This document shows, one piece after another, positions 40,663 to 54,365 of a DNA stretch of 64,000 nucleotides. The notes beneath the pieces were generated by a model. The model was not told the DNA's origin and ran no database searches. It saw only the letters and a program-made list of their open reading frames with translations. Source of the stretch: Octopus sinensis (taxonomy: Eukaryota); NCBI RefSeq assembly GCF_006345805.1, contig NC_043015.1:8866001-8930000 (forward strand), written 5' to 3'. The position numbers were made by a program, and so were the translations under genes. How positions within the stretch are numbered: the stretch's first letter is position 1; every line of letters starts with the position of its first letter.

Positions 40663-42121
40663 TTGATTTTCATTTGAAAATACCAAAATGGCAAAATTCG
40701 GTTTACGAAAGAGTTGGTTACATTAGAGCTTTCGAGATTTTCGTGGACATCTTGTGGTAGAGAAAAAAGGATATAGATACAAATGCGTTCCTTACCGTAT
40801 GTTTAAATCATTTCTTTTTCAATAATGAATGTATACTCAAATGTTAGCTATTGAAGAAATAAAATACAGCAACATATAACCATAGGTGTCAAACTATAGA
40901 GAAGCTCGAGGAAAAATAAAGTTTAACAGTTACTGCAGAAATTAAATTTTAACTTTAATGTACATGTTTACCAAAGTTGTTCGATCTCGTTGTTTGAATA
41001 TACTCAACATAGTAGTTTGTCAGAAAAAATAACTAATAATAAATATATACCTATGCAACCTGTCATTTTAAACTTTAAGAAAGTGAAATATATTTGTTCC
41101 CTTCTTGCATAGAACAAGCTGACAGCGCACAGTGAAACGCAAAGCTTCACGATTTTGAGGCATTTGTTGAGATATACACCCCTCCGTAAAAAGGGTGAAA
41201 TCTCTATCATTATGGTACCACCGCCCCACCAATACAGGCAACAATAAACAGAAGTAAAAAAAAAATTAACAAAATCAGCAAGAGGTACGAAATGATCTCA
41301 GCTAAATCAAGGACCAAATACAACAAGATGAAGTAGACGAAATTTATTTCACAACCGATCGAAATGCAGTCGAATGAAAGGGATAATGAAGTCGAGGGGA
41401 AACAGTACATCGTGCTTTTATTTAAGGAGGGTTGGTCATCAGTTGGATTCTATTTTTTCGAATTACAGCTTAGTTTCATGAACTACACTATTTGGAATCC
41501 ATTTATATTATATTTTCGTTATTTGTCTCAATAACTTTTCTTTTCTTAAAAAATAGCCCCAATATATTGTGTGAGTTTTGTTTTCCATCGAGTAAAGTAG
41601 AACACTAAATGATTTAAGTTATTTAAGTTTTTACTGAATTTTACGTGTTGCTTCGTTTTAGTATTGGTAGAACCAATTACAATAACATTCCATTGAAATC
41701 GAAGAAATTGTGTTGCGTATAATAATGTTCTCAATTGTATAATGGTTTCAGCTTTTGGACTGCGGATTTCAGAGAAAATTTTAATATTTAATGACATTTA
41801 TACTAGCAACACCTGAATGATAACCAGTGCTATTAGAAATTGTTCTTCCTCGCCGAATTAAGGTAACAATATTTTAGTCACCAGCTATAATGTAAATAGT
41901 AGCAATAACAATTCGAATACCTTGGCACAATCATCTATTTGTCTGCTACATGACTATTTTGATAATATAGTAAATTCAAACGTGCAATTTAATTCAAGAA
42001 TTTAATCTAAAATTTGCTCCACTTAGGCTGGGCTATCTCTAGCATAAAATATAATTCCGCTGCAAAATAATAATAATAATAAAAATAATAATAATGATAA
42101 TAATAATAATAACTAATAATA

Positions 42122-42772
42122 AAGACATGACAGAGTTGGCCAATATCTCCACTGGCTAATAAGTCGGCATTACAATATCAAAATTGCCGACAAGTGGTAT
42201 AATCACCACCCTAAGGCTGTAACTGAAGGAGAAAATGTAACCATTCTGTGGGACTTTCCAGTACATACAGACCGAACCATCAATGCCTATAAACCAGACA
42301 TTGTTGTGAAAGACCAAAACAATAAAGTTTGCTTATTGATCGACATGAGCATCCCCTGTGATCATAATATCTCAGCGAAAGAGTTTGACAAGCTCAGAAA
42401 ATATAAAGACCTACTCATTGAAATTGAGAAAATGTGGCATCTCAAGGCGGCTACAATACCAGTGATCGTAGGAGCACTAGGAATGATCAAGAAGGGAACC
42501 GAAAATTATATGAGAATGATCCCTGGCTTACCATCCCTGCAAGAAGTGCAAAATATTGTCTTAACTGGTACATCACACGTATTGAGAAGAGCATTGTCGA
42601 TGTGAGAACTGTTGCTGCTCATGTATTTTAATTTAACTTAAAAAAAAAAAATGAACGAACTACTGAGTTTGGTTTAATGGCCTACCAATGTATACTATGA
42701 GTTTCTTTGCCCTAGGAGTCGGGAAGACACTCTGCAAGAAATGGAAGCAAATTTGAAAGAAGAAAAAAAATG
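42122..42772 (+). mobile_element. R4/Dong family 2, short 5'-truncated copy (RHD to 3' UTR)
   Basis: Starts right after (AAT)n at 42065-42121; nearly identical to 44350-45012; ORF 42306..42605 carries the endonuclease motifs; followed by (TAA)5. Confidence 0.92.
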
Positions 42773-42785
42773 TAATAATAATAAT

Positions 42786-45011
42786 AAAATCCTAACATCT
42801 ATCCTGGCGGAGAAAACATATGCATTCATGGAGAAGAACGATATTTTCCCCATTGAACAAAAGGGGTGCCGCCGATGCTCTTACGGATGCAAAGATCAAC
42901 TGCTAATCAATCGTATGATCCTTGAGAACTGTCACAACAAGCGCAGAAATCTCAGCACCGCATGGATTGACTATAAAAAGGCCTTCGATAGTATACCGCA
43001 TCCATGGATCTTGAGATCGCTGGACATCTTCAAAATTTCCCCTGTGATTTCAAACTTCCTGAAGCACAATATGTCGTTGTGGAATACGAATCTCCAATTA
43101 TACCACTCTAATGGAGTACTTGCCTCAGAAAATATAAACATCAACTGTGGAATTTTTCAAGGTGACTCACTTTCACCTTTAATATTCTGCATAGCCCTAA
43201 TACCCCTTACAAGTGAATTAAACAGAACAGGGTACGGGTATAAAATTGCCAATAAAAAAATAAGCCATCTATTTTATATGGATGACTTAAAACTTTATGG
43301 TAAAGACAATAATGAACTTGAAGGCCTATTGCGCACCGTGAAAGCATTCAGCGATGACATCGGGATGGAGTTTGGACTTGAGAAGTGTGCCAAGGCCACA
43401 TTCCAGAAAGGGAAAGTGAAGTGAAGACCACAAATTCAGTCGTGTTAGATGTTGACACAGTCATAAGAGAGCTTGAGCAAGAACAAACATACACATATTT
43501 AGGGATAAATGAAGGCTCTGGTATTCAGCAGGCAATCATGAAAGAGAAGATCAGGAAGGAATGTTATAGGAGAGTTCGTGCAGTCCTGAAATCTGAACTA
43601 AATGCACGTAACAAAGTATTAGCTATAAATTCCTTAGCAGTTCCAGTTGCTACTTATAGCTACAATGTGTTGAACTGGAATATGAGTGAAGTAAAGAATA
43701 TAGATAGAAAAATACGCAAGCTGCTGAGTTGTAATAGGATGCACCACCCAAAGGCAGACGTAGATCGCCTTTACCTTCCCAGAGCCCAAGGAGGTCGAGA
43801 CCTGATCCAATTTGAACTAGGTTACAAAACAACCACAGTTGAACTGGCCAAATATCTCGAAATATCAAATGACTGGCTGCTAAAGCTCGTAGAAAATCAC
43901 GAGAGACGAAAGAAGCTTCATTCTATCATAAAGGAAAGCAAATAATTTTCTATTGATCTCGTGCAGGATACCCAAACTGAACAACCCCAGGGAAGTACGG
44001 CAACTATTGTTGCAAATAAGGTGAAAATGATGGCAATGAAAAAAGCGCACGAGCAATTGGCTGATAGGTGGGAGGAGAAACCTCTGCACGGCAAATATGT
44101 GACCCGCAGCAAACAAGCTGATGTTGACCAGAAGCAAACCCATCAGTGGCTACGGAGCTCAGGGCTAAAAGCAGAGAGCGAAGGTTTCATCCTTGCTGCT
44201 CAAGATCAAAGCCTATTAACCCGGAACTACCAGACCAATGTGATGAAAACCGGAGCAGAGCCAAAATGCCGATTCTGCAACGACATGATTGAAACAGTGG
44301 ACCACCTAATCTCTGGATGTAAAGTCTTAGCACCAGTTGAGTATAAATTAAGACATGACAGAGTTGGCCAATATCTCCACTGGCTAATAAATCGGCATTA
44401 CAATATCAAAACTGCCGACAAGTGGTATAATCACCACCCTGAGGCTGTAACTGAAGGAGAAAATGTAACCATTCTGTGGGACTTTCCAGTACATACAGAC
44501 CGAACCATCAAGGCCAATAAACCAGATATTGTTGTCAAAGACCAAAACAATAAAGTTTGCTTATTGATCGACATGAGCATCCCCTGTGATCATAATATCT
44601 CAGCGAAAGAGTTTGGCAAGCTCAGAAAATATAAAGACCTACTCATTGAAATTGAGAAAATGTGGCATCTCAAGGCGGTTACAATACCAGTGATCGTAGG
44701 AGCACTAGGAATGATTAAGAAGGGAACCGAAAATTATATGAGAATGATCCCTGGCTTACCATCCCTGCAAGAAGTGCAAAATATTGTCTTAACTGGTACA
44801 TCACACGTATTGAGAAGAGCATTATCGATGTGAGAACTGTTGCTGCTCATGTATTTTAATTTAACTTAAAAAAAAAAAAATTTAAAAAAATGAACGAACT
44901 ACTGAGTTTGGTTTAATGGCCAACCAATGTATACTATGAGTTTCTTTGTCCTAGGAGTCGGGAAGACACTCGGCAAGAAATGGAAGCAAATTTGAAAGAA
45001 GAAAAAAAAAA

Positions 45012-45012
<1 letters not shown>
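42786..45012 (+). mobile_element. R4/Dong family 2, longer 5'-truncated copy (RT to 3' UTR), disrupted
   Basis: EQKGCRR, WIDYKKAFDSIPH, GIFQGDSLSPL, YMDDLKLY, intact CRFC...HLISGC, RHD, ANKPD...LIDMSIP...KLRKY. Frameshift near 43420 (gtgaagtgaa) and in-frame TAA at 43943; (TAA)n at 45013-45071. Confidence 0.92.
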
Positions 45013-45045
<33 letters not shown>

Positions 45046-45430
45046 TAATAATAATAATAATAATAATAATATCCAGTAGTATGAGTCAATCATATTTTTC
45101 AAATGTTCCAGCAGGAAATGGCACCGATTTCACTTATATAATCATCTCTTCTCTTGTGACCATCACTTCATTTCATTCTGACGTTGCCTATAAAGTGATC
45201 CGTTACTAATACGCCATTGTTATGAGATTATGGTTTGATCTTATGATAGCTCGATACTCTGCTAGTTCTTTCGGGAAATGATAAACGGAATAACGCTGTC
45301 ACTAGGTCGGACACTTGTTCATAATGGGGAAAATATATGCCTTGTATATTTCCGGCAGAAGATATATAAAAATTCTCAACTGATTTGTGATGCCTTCCAT
45401 CTCTTGCAGCTATTTCGAATTGTGAAAGGT

Positions 45431-45511
45431 CTTAATATTTGTTAATTAGGTTTTAATAATTTGCCAACTGGCCTTAATCTTTGTTAATTAGGTTTTAATG
45501 ATTTGCCAACT
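45431..45511. repeat. 42-bp tandem duplication, 2 copies
   Basis: cttaata/ctttgttaattaggttttaata/gatttgccaactg at 45431 and 45473. Confidence 0.9.
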
Positions 45512-47933
45512 GATAAGAGATGTAATACAACTGCTGAAACAGACGCATCCGATTTCGCATCTACCTGGTAACACTGAGGTACGATATGAATCCCCAACTA
45601 TCACACTTTACACCCTCAAGATGGTAAAAATGTACCACATAATCCAGCGCATGACACATAAATAAACATAAATATCAAATTGAATGGTCATCAATGAGTT
45701 GTTTTTAGGTTAAATGCATTTTGGAACCTGCTGTAACCAAGAACAGTCGTATTTATGAATATATTTATATTAATGATCAAATTCGACTTGCCGTTTTTAT
45801 CTTCTCTGTAATTTGTTTCCTCTTGACTGTCGTTGTTTAATTCTCTAAAGAAAGAAATATTATATAACGCAATAACGTTTTAGAATTTAAGTGTATAGGG
45901 ATTCCCCAAAGAAGACTCTAACAGAATCAAATATGCATGATTCGGAAGCAATTTATTTTCCTGATTTGTTTTATATATCCATACAACTGGGGTAAAAAAA
46001 ATTCTGTTTCCAGTTGTATTTAAAAGTTCATCTATGAATGTCAATATACTGTTACTAATTTCATTTACGTAAAGTAACGTTAAATTTCATATTTCGAAAT
46101 TCTGTTGTCTTTTTTTTTCCTTTGCCTACATATTGTATCGAACTAAAATTCGCTTTGACAGAGAGAAACATAATTCGGCTGATATTACAATGGTATATAC
46201 AAACACAGAGACACAGACGCGCCCTCACGCACCTTCATACACATCTATACATAAAGAAATGTAAACAAAAGCCTTTATATTTAAATATATGTATACGTGT
46301 GTGTGTGTGTATATGTGTGATCGTGGTATACGTTTTTTCAGCTGAGAGTCGCCTTAAACAGCATAGATTCACTGCAAGTTTTATTTTGATGATAGTCACC
46401 ATGCTGCTGTATTTGAATCACCCACGCAACTATGTCCCTCTCTTTTGAAATTGGCGATTTCTCTCGCTATACTTGTATTTGATAATTCTTAGACGTACAA
46501 TTCCATCGTAATTGCGCACATTATCTATTATGTTTTACGAAATTCCTGCTCATTAACATGATAGCTATTATGATAAAAGATTGGAGAGTGAACAACATAT
46601 TTCGATGCAGCTACACCTGAACTACTCTTGAGCAATTACTGAAATCTCTGAAAATATACCTGCAAAAAAATACTAAAAGATTTTTAAGATTATACATCTG
46701 TGGTTGAGTGGTACTTATTTAATCGACCCTAAAAGGATGAAAGGCAAAGCTTACCTAGGCAGATTAGGAATATTCAGTACTTTGATTATTTAGCTGACAA
46801 TGGTTTATTCACAAAATAGTCACGTTCTGTGGTAAAAAAAGTATATTACATTTGACACAAGAGTAGCTGTATTATGTCAAAATATTTTATTGAATTTTAC
46901 CGATAAGGATATGAAATATCAATGCTGGTCTCCCAAAAATTAGCTTCTCATCCCTTAGTTGAGATGCGTAGCATTAAGAAAATACAGAACACAATGGTTA
47001 GTGTCTGTTATTTATTTCTGTAGAGAACAATTTCAGATATATTCCTATATTATTTCAGTTGCTCATGAAATAAGCATCACTTCGTTGTGCAGAATTTTAA
47101 ATGACAAGAAAAAGTTTCAGGTACTTTTATTTTTTGTGCAGGCGACTGAGTGGATTAGTGGTGTAGTGTGTGTGTGTGTGTGTATGTGTGTGTGTGTGTG
47201 TGTGTTTATGTGTGTGTATGTGTGTGTGTGCGATTATGAAGAGTATTTGTTTTCGTTTAGCAGCTGAGTCTAAAGCAGTGAATTGTGATCAATGTCATTG
47301 TAAGACCCTCCAGAATATGAAGAATTTTACTGTTAATTTTCACCTCATATTTGATTATCAGTAGTAGCAGAAAAGACGTAAGACAAAACTGGAAGATTTA
47401 CGAGTCATGTTTTGTTTACAGAATCGTTGCTTGAATTGGTTTTTGAAACGCCCGGAGTTCGCAATCACATATGGCATGAAAGAAGGAAAATCGAAGAAAC
47501 TGAGATGTGTTAGAGGTAGCATTTGACCTACATCACTCAGTAACAGAACCTAAATCATTGCAGTTTATTTACTATAAACGCACTTTCTCGAAATATCTTT
47601 TATACTCTCTTATTGGGCAGAGATCGCAAAATCATCCGTAACAGTACTTCTGATTCCCCATCTAATGGAAAAGCTTAACAAATTATATAAATATAAATAT
47701 CTGTTGCCTGACAATGATTTGTCTTAATCATAGTCGATAGTAATATCGTTTCAAATTATCAGCCACCAATATAGAGAGATGGATATAAACACTACTTTCT
47801 ATAAATTGTTTACGTGTCAAAATAATATTGTAGATTTTCGATGACTATATTGTATACTATTGTCAAGGCAATAAATGTTGCTTTATATACAATATTGTCT
47901 AAATATATACATAGATAAATAGGTAAAATACTG

Positions 47934-47936
<3 letters not shown>

Positions 47937-47995
<59 letters not shown>

Positions 47996-48005
47996 TATAT
48001 ATATT

Positions 48006-48038
<33 letters not shown>
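47937..48038. repeat. (TA)n microsatellite
   Basis: Directly visible. Similar tracts lie at 1-22, 14503-14530, 17378-17464, 19272-19357, 51093-51138, 52495-52640, 53985-54098 and 54274-54487. Confidence 0.95.
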
Positions 48039-49101
48039 CGTTTTACAATGTACTATATAATACGTTTTATATTGTTATGAGTTAACACGAAAAATATTTC
48101 AAAATTTTTTCATACCAAACAAATACATTACAGAAAGATATTTGTAGATTTGCAATAAATCATAAATTGATTCATTTCAACATGTAAAATTTATATACAA
48201 ATTCTATTTGTTTTGGCTTCTCAGTGTTTTGTATTGTTCTGTATAAATAAATACCATTCTATTTTATATCGATAAAAACATTTATATTTCAATTCTTCAA
48301 TCCATAAATAATTATTTCATTTGGAAGAATTTATGCAAATTATTTGAATTACCCATTAATATTTAAAATACCTATTTAGTTTTAATGCTGACAAAGTGGA
48401 AGTGAGATGAATAAAATTTCAGAGGTTTTATAATGTAAGGTGTACGTCCCACACGTACATTATAAAACACCATGAATACAAATGCTAGTTACAAAATATT
48501 ATCCATGAAATTCGTGTAAGTTTACTTATGAAAATCATTGCATTGAGCTTTGAAACTTTTTTCCTAATTACAAAATCTGGAAATTGATAATTAGGGAGAC
48601 ACGAAAGTCTGCATGACTAAATTATTTGTAAAGCCGCAGGAATATATTTTGGGAGAATGTATTGTCATTATTATTAAAGGAGTCACATATCTTAATAGTG
48701 TGTATCGCGATACGAGCTATGATGGGAAGGAATACGGAACCAGAGACTCAAGTTGAAAGAAGAAATTGAAAGAGTATAAAATATGGAAACAATATGGATC
48801 AAAATTCTTTTTAAATTCAACAATGATATTCGGAAGTCTTAACTGAAGCGGTTCGTTGATCGTTTGAGAAAATATTAATATAAAAGTTAAAGCTAGTATC
48901 GTCATTTCTGGTTTATTGCTGTAAAAGCCAGTATCACTGGAACAATATCACGTTCTTAAAATATAATATCGGACTCAATGTCAATACTGCACGAAGTTCT
49001 TTTCTAATGGAAACAATATTTTCAGCCTGGTGTACTAACAAAGAGTTTCAAAAGTATCCTTTCCAGACTGATCATCCTTCACTAATAAATCTGGTAAGTA
49101 T

Positions 49102-50747
49102 TGTATTGTATTGGCATCCTTTCTGTCTCGGGAGACAATGGAGTTGCGCATTTTTTTTTTCTAGGTCTAGTCCGGCTGTTATATTTTATTTCCTGATAAA
49201 TTTCTTGCTGTGGCTGTGTAGTCCTATCCTGGACAAACACTCCCTCTGGCAGGTACCGCAAATGTAGCGAAGACTGATCCTGGCTGGTTGTAGTGCCATG
49301 GTCTCTTGTTTATGTCTCTTCCTTTCTTTCCATTTCTCCTCTCTCTCTCTGTCACTCCTTTGTATACCTTCTTTTCCTGTACGTCGCCATTCTCCACGGT
49401 TGCCGGCGACTGCCTCCCAACCGCTAATGTTGATGTTGCAGGCCTTCATATCCCTTTTGCAAACATCCTTGTAACGTAAGATCGGTCTACCCACAGACCT
49501 AGTACCCCTAGCAAGCTCTCCGTAGAGTATGTCCTTAGGGATTCTGCCATCTTTCATACGGCTAACATGCCCAAGCCATCTCATACGTCTTTGTGTGAGG
49601 AGTGCAAACATGCTTGGTATTCCTGCTTGCCTGAGGACATCTTTGTTGGGGAAATGATTCTGCTATTTGATGTGTGGAGGATTTTTCGGAGGCAGCGCAG
49701 GTGAAAGATGTTTAGGCGACGCTCTTGGCGTGTGTATAGCGTCAGGTCTCGCTTCCATACAGTAGAGTGCTGAGTACACATGCCTGGTAGATCTTCATTT
49801 TTGTGGTCTTGGTCAGCTTATTGTTGTCCCAAGCCCGTTTGGAGAGTTGGGCCATCGCAGCAGCTGCCTTGCCAATGCGTATATTGAGCTCAGCGTCAAG
49901 GTATAGGTTGTAGGTGACGGTAGAGCCCAGATAGGTAAACTTCTCCACCTCTTGTAATCTGTGGTCTCCAATATGTATGTTTGGGATGTCCGATGTAGCC
50001 TGGCCCATTATGTTGGTCTTCTTAAGGCTGATAGCTAAGCCAAAGTCGTTATATGCTTGCTCAAAACAGTTAATGAGCCTTTGGAGGGTTTCTTCTGTGT
50101 GTGTTACCAGAGCGGCATCATCAGCAAATAACATCTCCTTGATCAGGACGTTTCTGATTTTGGTCTTGGCACGCAGGCGCGAGAGATTGAACAGTTTCCC
50201 GTCACTTCTACTGTGAAGAAACACTCCATCATCTGATGTCTGAAAGGCATGTGACAGTAAGAGTGAGAAGAAGATGCCAAACAATGTAGGAGCGAGGACA
50301 CAGCCTTGCTTTACCCCGTTTTTTATTTGGAAGGCGGCTGGTGTTGAACCGTTGTGCTGTATGGTGCCTTGCATGTCATCATGGAAAGACTTGATGATCC
50401 TCAGCAGCTTTGGTGGACATCCTAATTTTTGGAGCAGGAGGAAGAGGCCTGTTCTGCTTACCGAGTCAAAAGCCTTTGTTAGATCAATGAAGGCCATATA
50501 GAATGGCATTTTCTGCTCTCTGGACTTCTCCTGAAGTTGGCGTATGGAGAATATCATATCGATAGTTGATCTGCTTCTTCTAAAGCCACACTGCGATTCC
50601 GGATAGATTCGAGAAGCAAGTAGTTGTAGCCTGGCCAGGATAACGCGGGCAAAGGTCTTTCCAACAGTGCTTAGAAGGGATGTACCACGGTAATTGTTAC
50701 AATCACCACGGTCACCTTTGTTTTTGTAGAGCGTATATATAAGCGTA
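49102..50747 (-). mobile_element. RTE-clade LINE, 5'-truncated, with 10-bp TSD
   Basis: ORF 49742..50767: CNNYRG.SLLS..GK, PESQCGFR, FIDLTKAFDSV, GVKQGCVLAP.LF, GKLFNL.RLRAKTK, MLFADDAAL. C-terminal CGTC...HSH in 49186..49611; 3' hairpin tgtctc-N2-gagaca (49124-49137); (AATAC)3 tail; tggtaagtat at 49092-49101 and 50748-50757; two frameshifts near 49750 and 49640. Confidence 0.92.
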
Positions 50748-51091
50748 TGGTAAGTATATATAAGCAAAAAGGCTAGTTCTAAAATCTCTCTAAGAGGTCA
50801 GTACAATATTAGTACTAACAAGTAATGTTCGTAGCCACTTCAAAATGGCTATCCGTTCGAATGGACTTTACTGCGATTTTTAACGACAGGTGGACATCTC
50901 TTCCAGCTGGTTAACGATGCATAGCTGCATTCGAGATATTGCGAGAAGTGGATCGAACCCCTACCACCTTCTAGATATGTGACCAGAAGACTAGTTAGAT
51001 TTCGGACTATTTCTGCCTCTATTCAGTATTAAACACCTCGTCTGCTAGAGACGGCTTAAGCTCGTATACACACGCTGATTTTGCAACACGC

Positions 51092-51128
<37 letters not shown>

Positions 51129-51159
51129 ATATATATATGCATGTATGTATCTATATTTA

Positions 51160-51365
51160 GCGCCTGTGTTAGTCCACCCACCACCAATTAAGAGCCGTTG
51201 TTGGTGTAATTATTACCCCGTAATATTGTGGTTCGGCTAAAGTGACCGATTTAATGGGGATACTGAGCTTACAAAGTACAAGTACTGTGGTTGATTTCTT
51301 CGACTAAAGGCGTTGCTCCAGTATGGCCACAGTAAAATGACTCAAACAAGAGAAGGAATGAAATA
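51160..51365 (+). mobile_element. SINE family C, diverged 3' half
   Basis: ttgttggtgt...ccccgtaa...ggttcggc.aaag.gaccgat...cgactaaaggcg.tgctccag.atggccacagt.aaatgact.aaacaag resembles the reverse complement of 57810-57990. Confidence 0.65.
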
Positions 51366-53865
51366 ATATGAATGTTGGACAAAATAATGGAAACACCTTA
51401 AAATTTCAAACAAACTTATTTTAATATGGGCTAGGACTGTGTTGGGCAGTAATTACAGTTTGAATTCTACGAGTTATAGACTCGTGCAAAGTTTAAATTT
51501 TTTCCGAAAGAATTTTGGTCCCTTCTTCAGCTATAAATTCAGTCACAGCAAGAAAATTCCGTAGGATAGAAACGGAGATGTGTGGTTGATTCCTCTACGT
51601 TCATTGACATATTTTCAACTATAACGACAGGATTTTTCTGGCTTGGTTACTGACATTGATACAGTTCAATATTCATCCTTACTGTTCAAACAACAGAATA
51701 GATATTTCCGCAGAGAATTCAACGAATGTTTGTACTTAACGAACTCCGGCCAATAGCGGTTTATTTGAGGTTGACATGCAAGAGACTGCTTAACAGTTCC
51801 TTTACACGGGTGATGATTTCGTTCTAACGATCAGTAAAACGAAGATGCAAATGAATTCAAGCATTTTCTCACGTCTTACGTGAATTTCAAAATCACTATT
51901 GACCACGACAGTGTTTGTGGTTACGCTCATCCACGTATGATGTATATTCTCCCGGACAGTTTTCATTGGTGACGATGCATATAACATATTCTCTGAAGAC
52001 AGCTTCGCATACAGCAAACTCTAGAATAGTTTATGAAACACGAGATTAGACAGAATGATCAACTTGTACCCGTCACGGCACACAAAATACTGTACTAAGT
52101 TAGTAAAGCCAAAAATTGTGTGCCAATGTCATTCAGGAAGCTTAGACACAACAATATGATTTAATACGGAATAATAAGAGAGTAGGTATAAAGCACTTTT
52201 AAGAGATAGGAAAGAAGAGAGTAAAAGATGTATTTATAATGACTGTTTATAATGATTCATTTTCCATTTATTATCTTTCGATGAATCCTAAACTAAGAAG
52301 CAGTACGAGACGATTTGTACGATATGTGGCTGCTATAAATCGCAATAAATAAAATGAAATTTTCCTTCTACAATAGCGAGCTATAAAATATGTAGTATTC
52401 TAGATTTTGAAAGCATACCGGGCATTTAAATAGGGAAGTAAGAGATATGGAGAAGTCCATCTATCTTTCTAACTTTCTTTCTTTCCCCCCACTCTTTCAC
52501 TCTCTCTCTCTCTGTATATATATATATATATATATATAAGTATGTATGTATGTATGCATGCCTGTATATACGAACGTATGTATGTATGTATATATGTATG
52601 CATGCCTGTATATATTTATGTATCTATGTATGTATAAATGTATGCATAATTCTCCAAATGAGCAAATACAAAGAGAGATAAAATTTATTAAATTCAATGA
52701 TGGCAATCTTAAAGCTTTCCCTTCCTTGAAATTTTGAGATCATTAATAGTGATAACGAAATGTAGGTAATGTATATTTGATACTCTCAACAAAATTGAGG
52801 AAGATAAAATTTTAAAACCTATAATGTAAATCTCTATCTTTAGACAGACATTATTATTAAAGTAATTGAATTTGATTGATTGTCGCATAACTAAATCTGA
52901 ACACCCATAAAATATGGTTTATGGAGTTTTCAACGTCTAATTCTCGCACACGACACAAGGGAATCTCTGGACGAAGAGGAACAATAAATTCAGATGCGAT
53001 CAATCGTAGAACAAGTGCTGAAGTAACTAAAACACAAATGATCTGTATCAAAATTACTAAGACAATAGATTGTATGCATAGCACAACTTCTACAGTTTCA
53101 CGTATACACACGAAAATATATTTGTACACACTAACACATAGACACAAATATATACACAAGCGCGCGCACACAAACACACGCACAGACACAAAGAAACTGA
53201 TACGTGTATACCTAAATGTAATTATATGCTTGCTCGACAGGTTTTGCGTTATACAAGTCCAACAGATTTATGCATTAACATAAACTAATCAGGTGGAATA
53301 ATTTTGTGCCGATTTAACTTATTTTCTGTCTGGAGTACAGTTTGGCTACCTGCCACTGACAATCCGCATACGGTAAAATTTCGAGATACGGGACAACACT
53401 CAGGTTGTCTATATCCAAACTTTCGGCAACCAAAAATGGAATTTCGATATCTTCTATCAATTCCTATTTACCAGATATGATATATTATATATATATATAT
53501 ATATACACTAGCACTATGACCCGGCAATTGCATGCATATACAGCTGCGAGCGTGCGTGGCGTACATACACGCGAGTACTGTCCAAATCTCCGACCAATCA
53601 CATACAGCTAGCTGGCATTCAACTGGCGTATCAGGTTTCGGGCATTTTGATTGGGATTTTGATAGAACATTCACCAAAAAAGTCAATTTTATTGATTTTA
53701 TGATAACTTTGAAAATGTAAAGATGTGCACGACCACCCTTGGACGGTTTTGAATGGTCATATAATGTGTGAGCCCTCTAACTGAAATATTGTGGATTTGT
53801 ATTAAGGATACACATACACAGAGACAGACATTTTGCCGTTTGTGTACATATGTGTGTGTGTGTGT

Positions 53866-53914
53866 AGGCGCAATGTCCCAGTGGTTAGGGCAGCGGACTC
53901 GCGGTTGTAGGATC
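53866..53914 (+). mobile_element. SINE family B head fragment
   Basis: aggcgcaatgtcccagtggttagggcagcggactcgcggttgtaggatc matches the head of 6183-6549. Confidence 0.75.
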
Positions 53915-54005
53915 TATCTATATATATCTTACACTTTGTCTCTCTCTTTCTATCTCTCTTACTCTTCATACATACATACATACACACGTACACGCATATA
54001 TACAT

Positions 54006-54038
<33 letters not shown>

Positions 54039-54062
54039 GACGATATATATATATATATATTA

Positions 54063-54098
<36 letters not shown>

Positions 54099-54101
<3 letters not shown>

Positions 54102-54273
54102 GGTGATCACCGTGAGCGACCAGGCTATCAGATGTTGCTACACATCGCTGGTCCCGATGCGCTTCATATTGTTTTAGCCTTCAAATTGCGCCATCCACTG
54201 GCTAAGCAAGCTGGACAACAGAAGAATGAGTGAGAGAAAGTTGTGGTGAAAGAGTACAGCAGGGATCGCCACC
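54099..54273 (-). mobile_element. SINE family B middle module with a third type of 3' body, head missing
   Basis: gagtgagagaaagttgtggtgaaagagtacagcagggatcgccacc is shared with 6380-6428 and 16540-16580; the adjoining 54099-54215 matches neither. Confidence 0.65.
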
Positions 54274-54281
54274 ATATATAT

Positions 54282-54365
<84 letters not shown>

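Noticed and set aside
48425-48468. 13-bp inverted repeat gttttataatgta/tacattataaaac
   Set aside because: Short, AT-rich and isolated; plausible by chance and with no element context.
52921-53283. 120-aa ORF, and similar short ORFs at 17363-17650, 41210-41410 and 46122-46448, as host exons
   Set aside because: No recognisable domain, they run into microsatellites, and I see no convincing splice-site framing.
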